Below are positions 63,471 to 64,000 of a DNA stretch of 64,000 nucleotides, one piece after another; positions within the stretch are counted from its first letter, which is position 1, and each line of letters opens with the position of its first letter. A program made the translations under genes and the position numbers. Below the pieces are notes generated by a model that was not told the DNA's origin, did no database searches, and worked only from the letters and a program-made list of their open reading frames with translations. The stretch covers positions 3,703,898 through 3,767,897 of the forward strand of contig MU053994.1 of the NCBI GenBank assembly GCA_013239625.1, read 5' to 3'. Source of the DNA: Lama guanicoe. Taxonomy: Eukaryota.

Positions 63471-64000
63471 TTTTACAACCTAGCTTAAGAAACACACCAT
63501 TTGTAAAATGTTTAATTTTAAAAATAAATGGAATGTAAATTGAAAAAAATTTTTTAAAAAGAAGAGAGAGTGGAGAAGGCTAGCAGAGGAAGACTCAGTG
63601 GGGTTCGGTGAGGGCGTGGATGGGGTGAGTGGGTGGCTTCAAGTTTCCCTTACCAGTATGTCCAGCGCTGCCCTCTGCTCACTTTCATTCCCAAGTCTAG
63701 GGGATGCTGTGGTCCTCTCACACTGACTGCCTGTGGGGAAAATATTGGGCTTGTTCAGCATGCCAGAGAGAGCTGGCTTTTATTGCTAGCTCACTGCACC
63801 GCTGGTTTTATCCCAGCTTTGAAAATGCTCTTATAACAGCAAATGCCATTTTGATGAGACTGTCTTTTCCTTGTCCTCCCTCTTTCCTCTCCTCTGACTC
63901 TTCTTAACTCCTTTATTACCATGCTACTAGGTATGTGCCATAGGGAAACACCCTGGCAGGTGCCACGGGGGGGCGTAGAAAAGAGACAACATGAACCTCA

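Overview
Mammalian genomic DNA, very probably camelid: two tRNA-derived SINEs match my recollection of the camelid Vic-1 type. The window is mostly intronic or intergenic and dominated by transposable elements (L1 of several ages, L2, MIR, MaLR/ERVL LTRs, hAT and Tigger MITEs), with a 538-N gap at 978-1515. No complete host gene is recognisable, and nearly all ORF-track entries are repeat fragments or noise. The only convincing reading frame is an uninterrupted L1 ORF1 running off the left edge (827 to 1, minus strand), which the track missed. A CpG island at about 46.9-48.1 kb has a GC-box/ETS/CCAAT/GC-box core between two outward-facing splice donors and looks like a bidirectional promoter of two unidentified spliced transcripts. 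The most notable structures are an ancient U6 snRNA-L1 chimera, two L1 copies that keep the 5' end, lack ORF2 and the 3' end, yet are bracketed by TSDs, a roughly 50-bp TSD, a tail-only retroinsertion and a multi-level nested L1 stack. I found no evidence of a wholly new biological system. Repeat family names are from memory of consensus sequences, and repeat boundaries are approximate unless TSDs are quoted.
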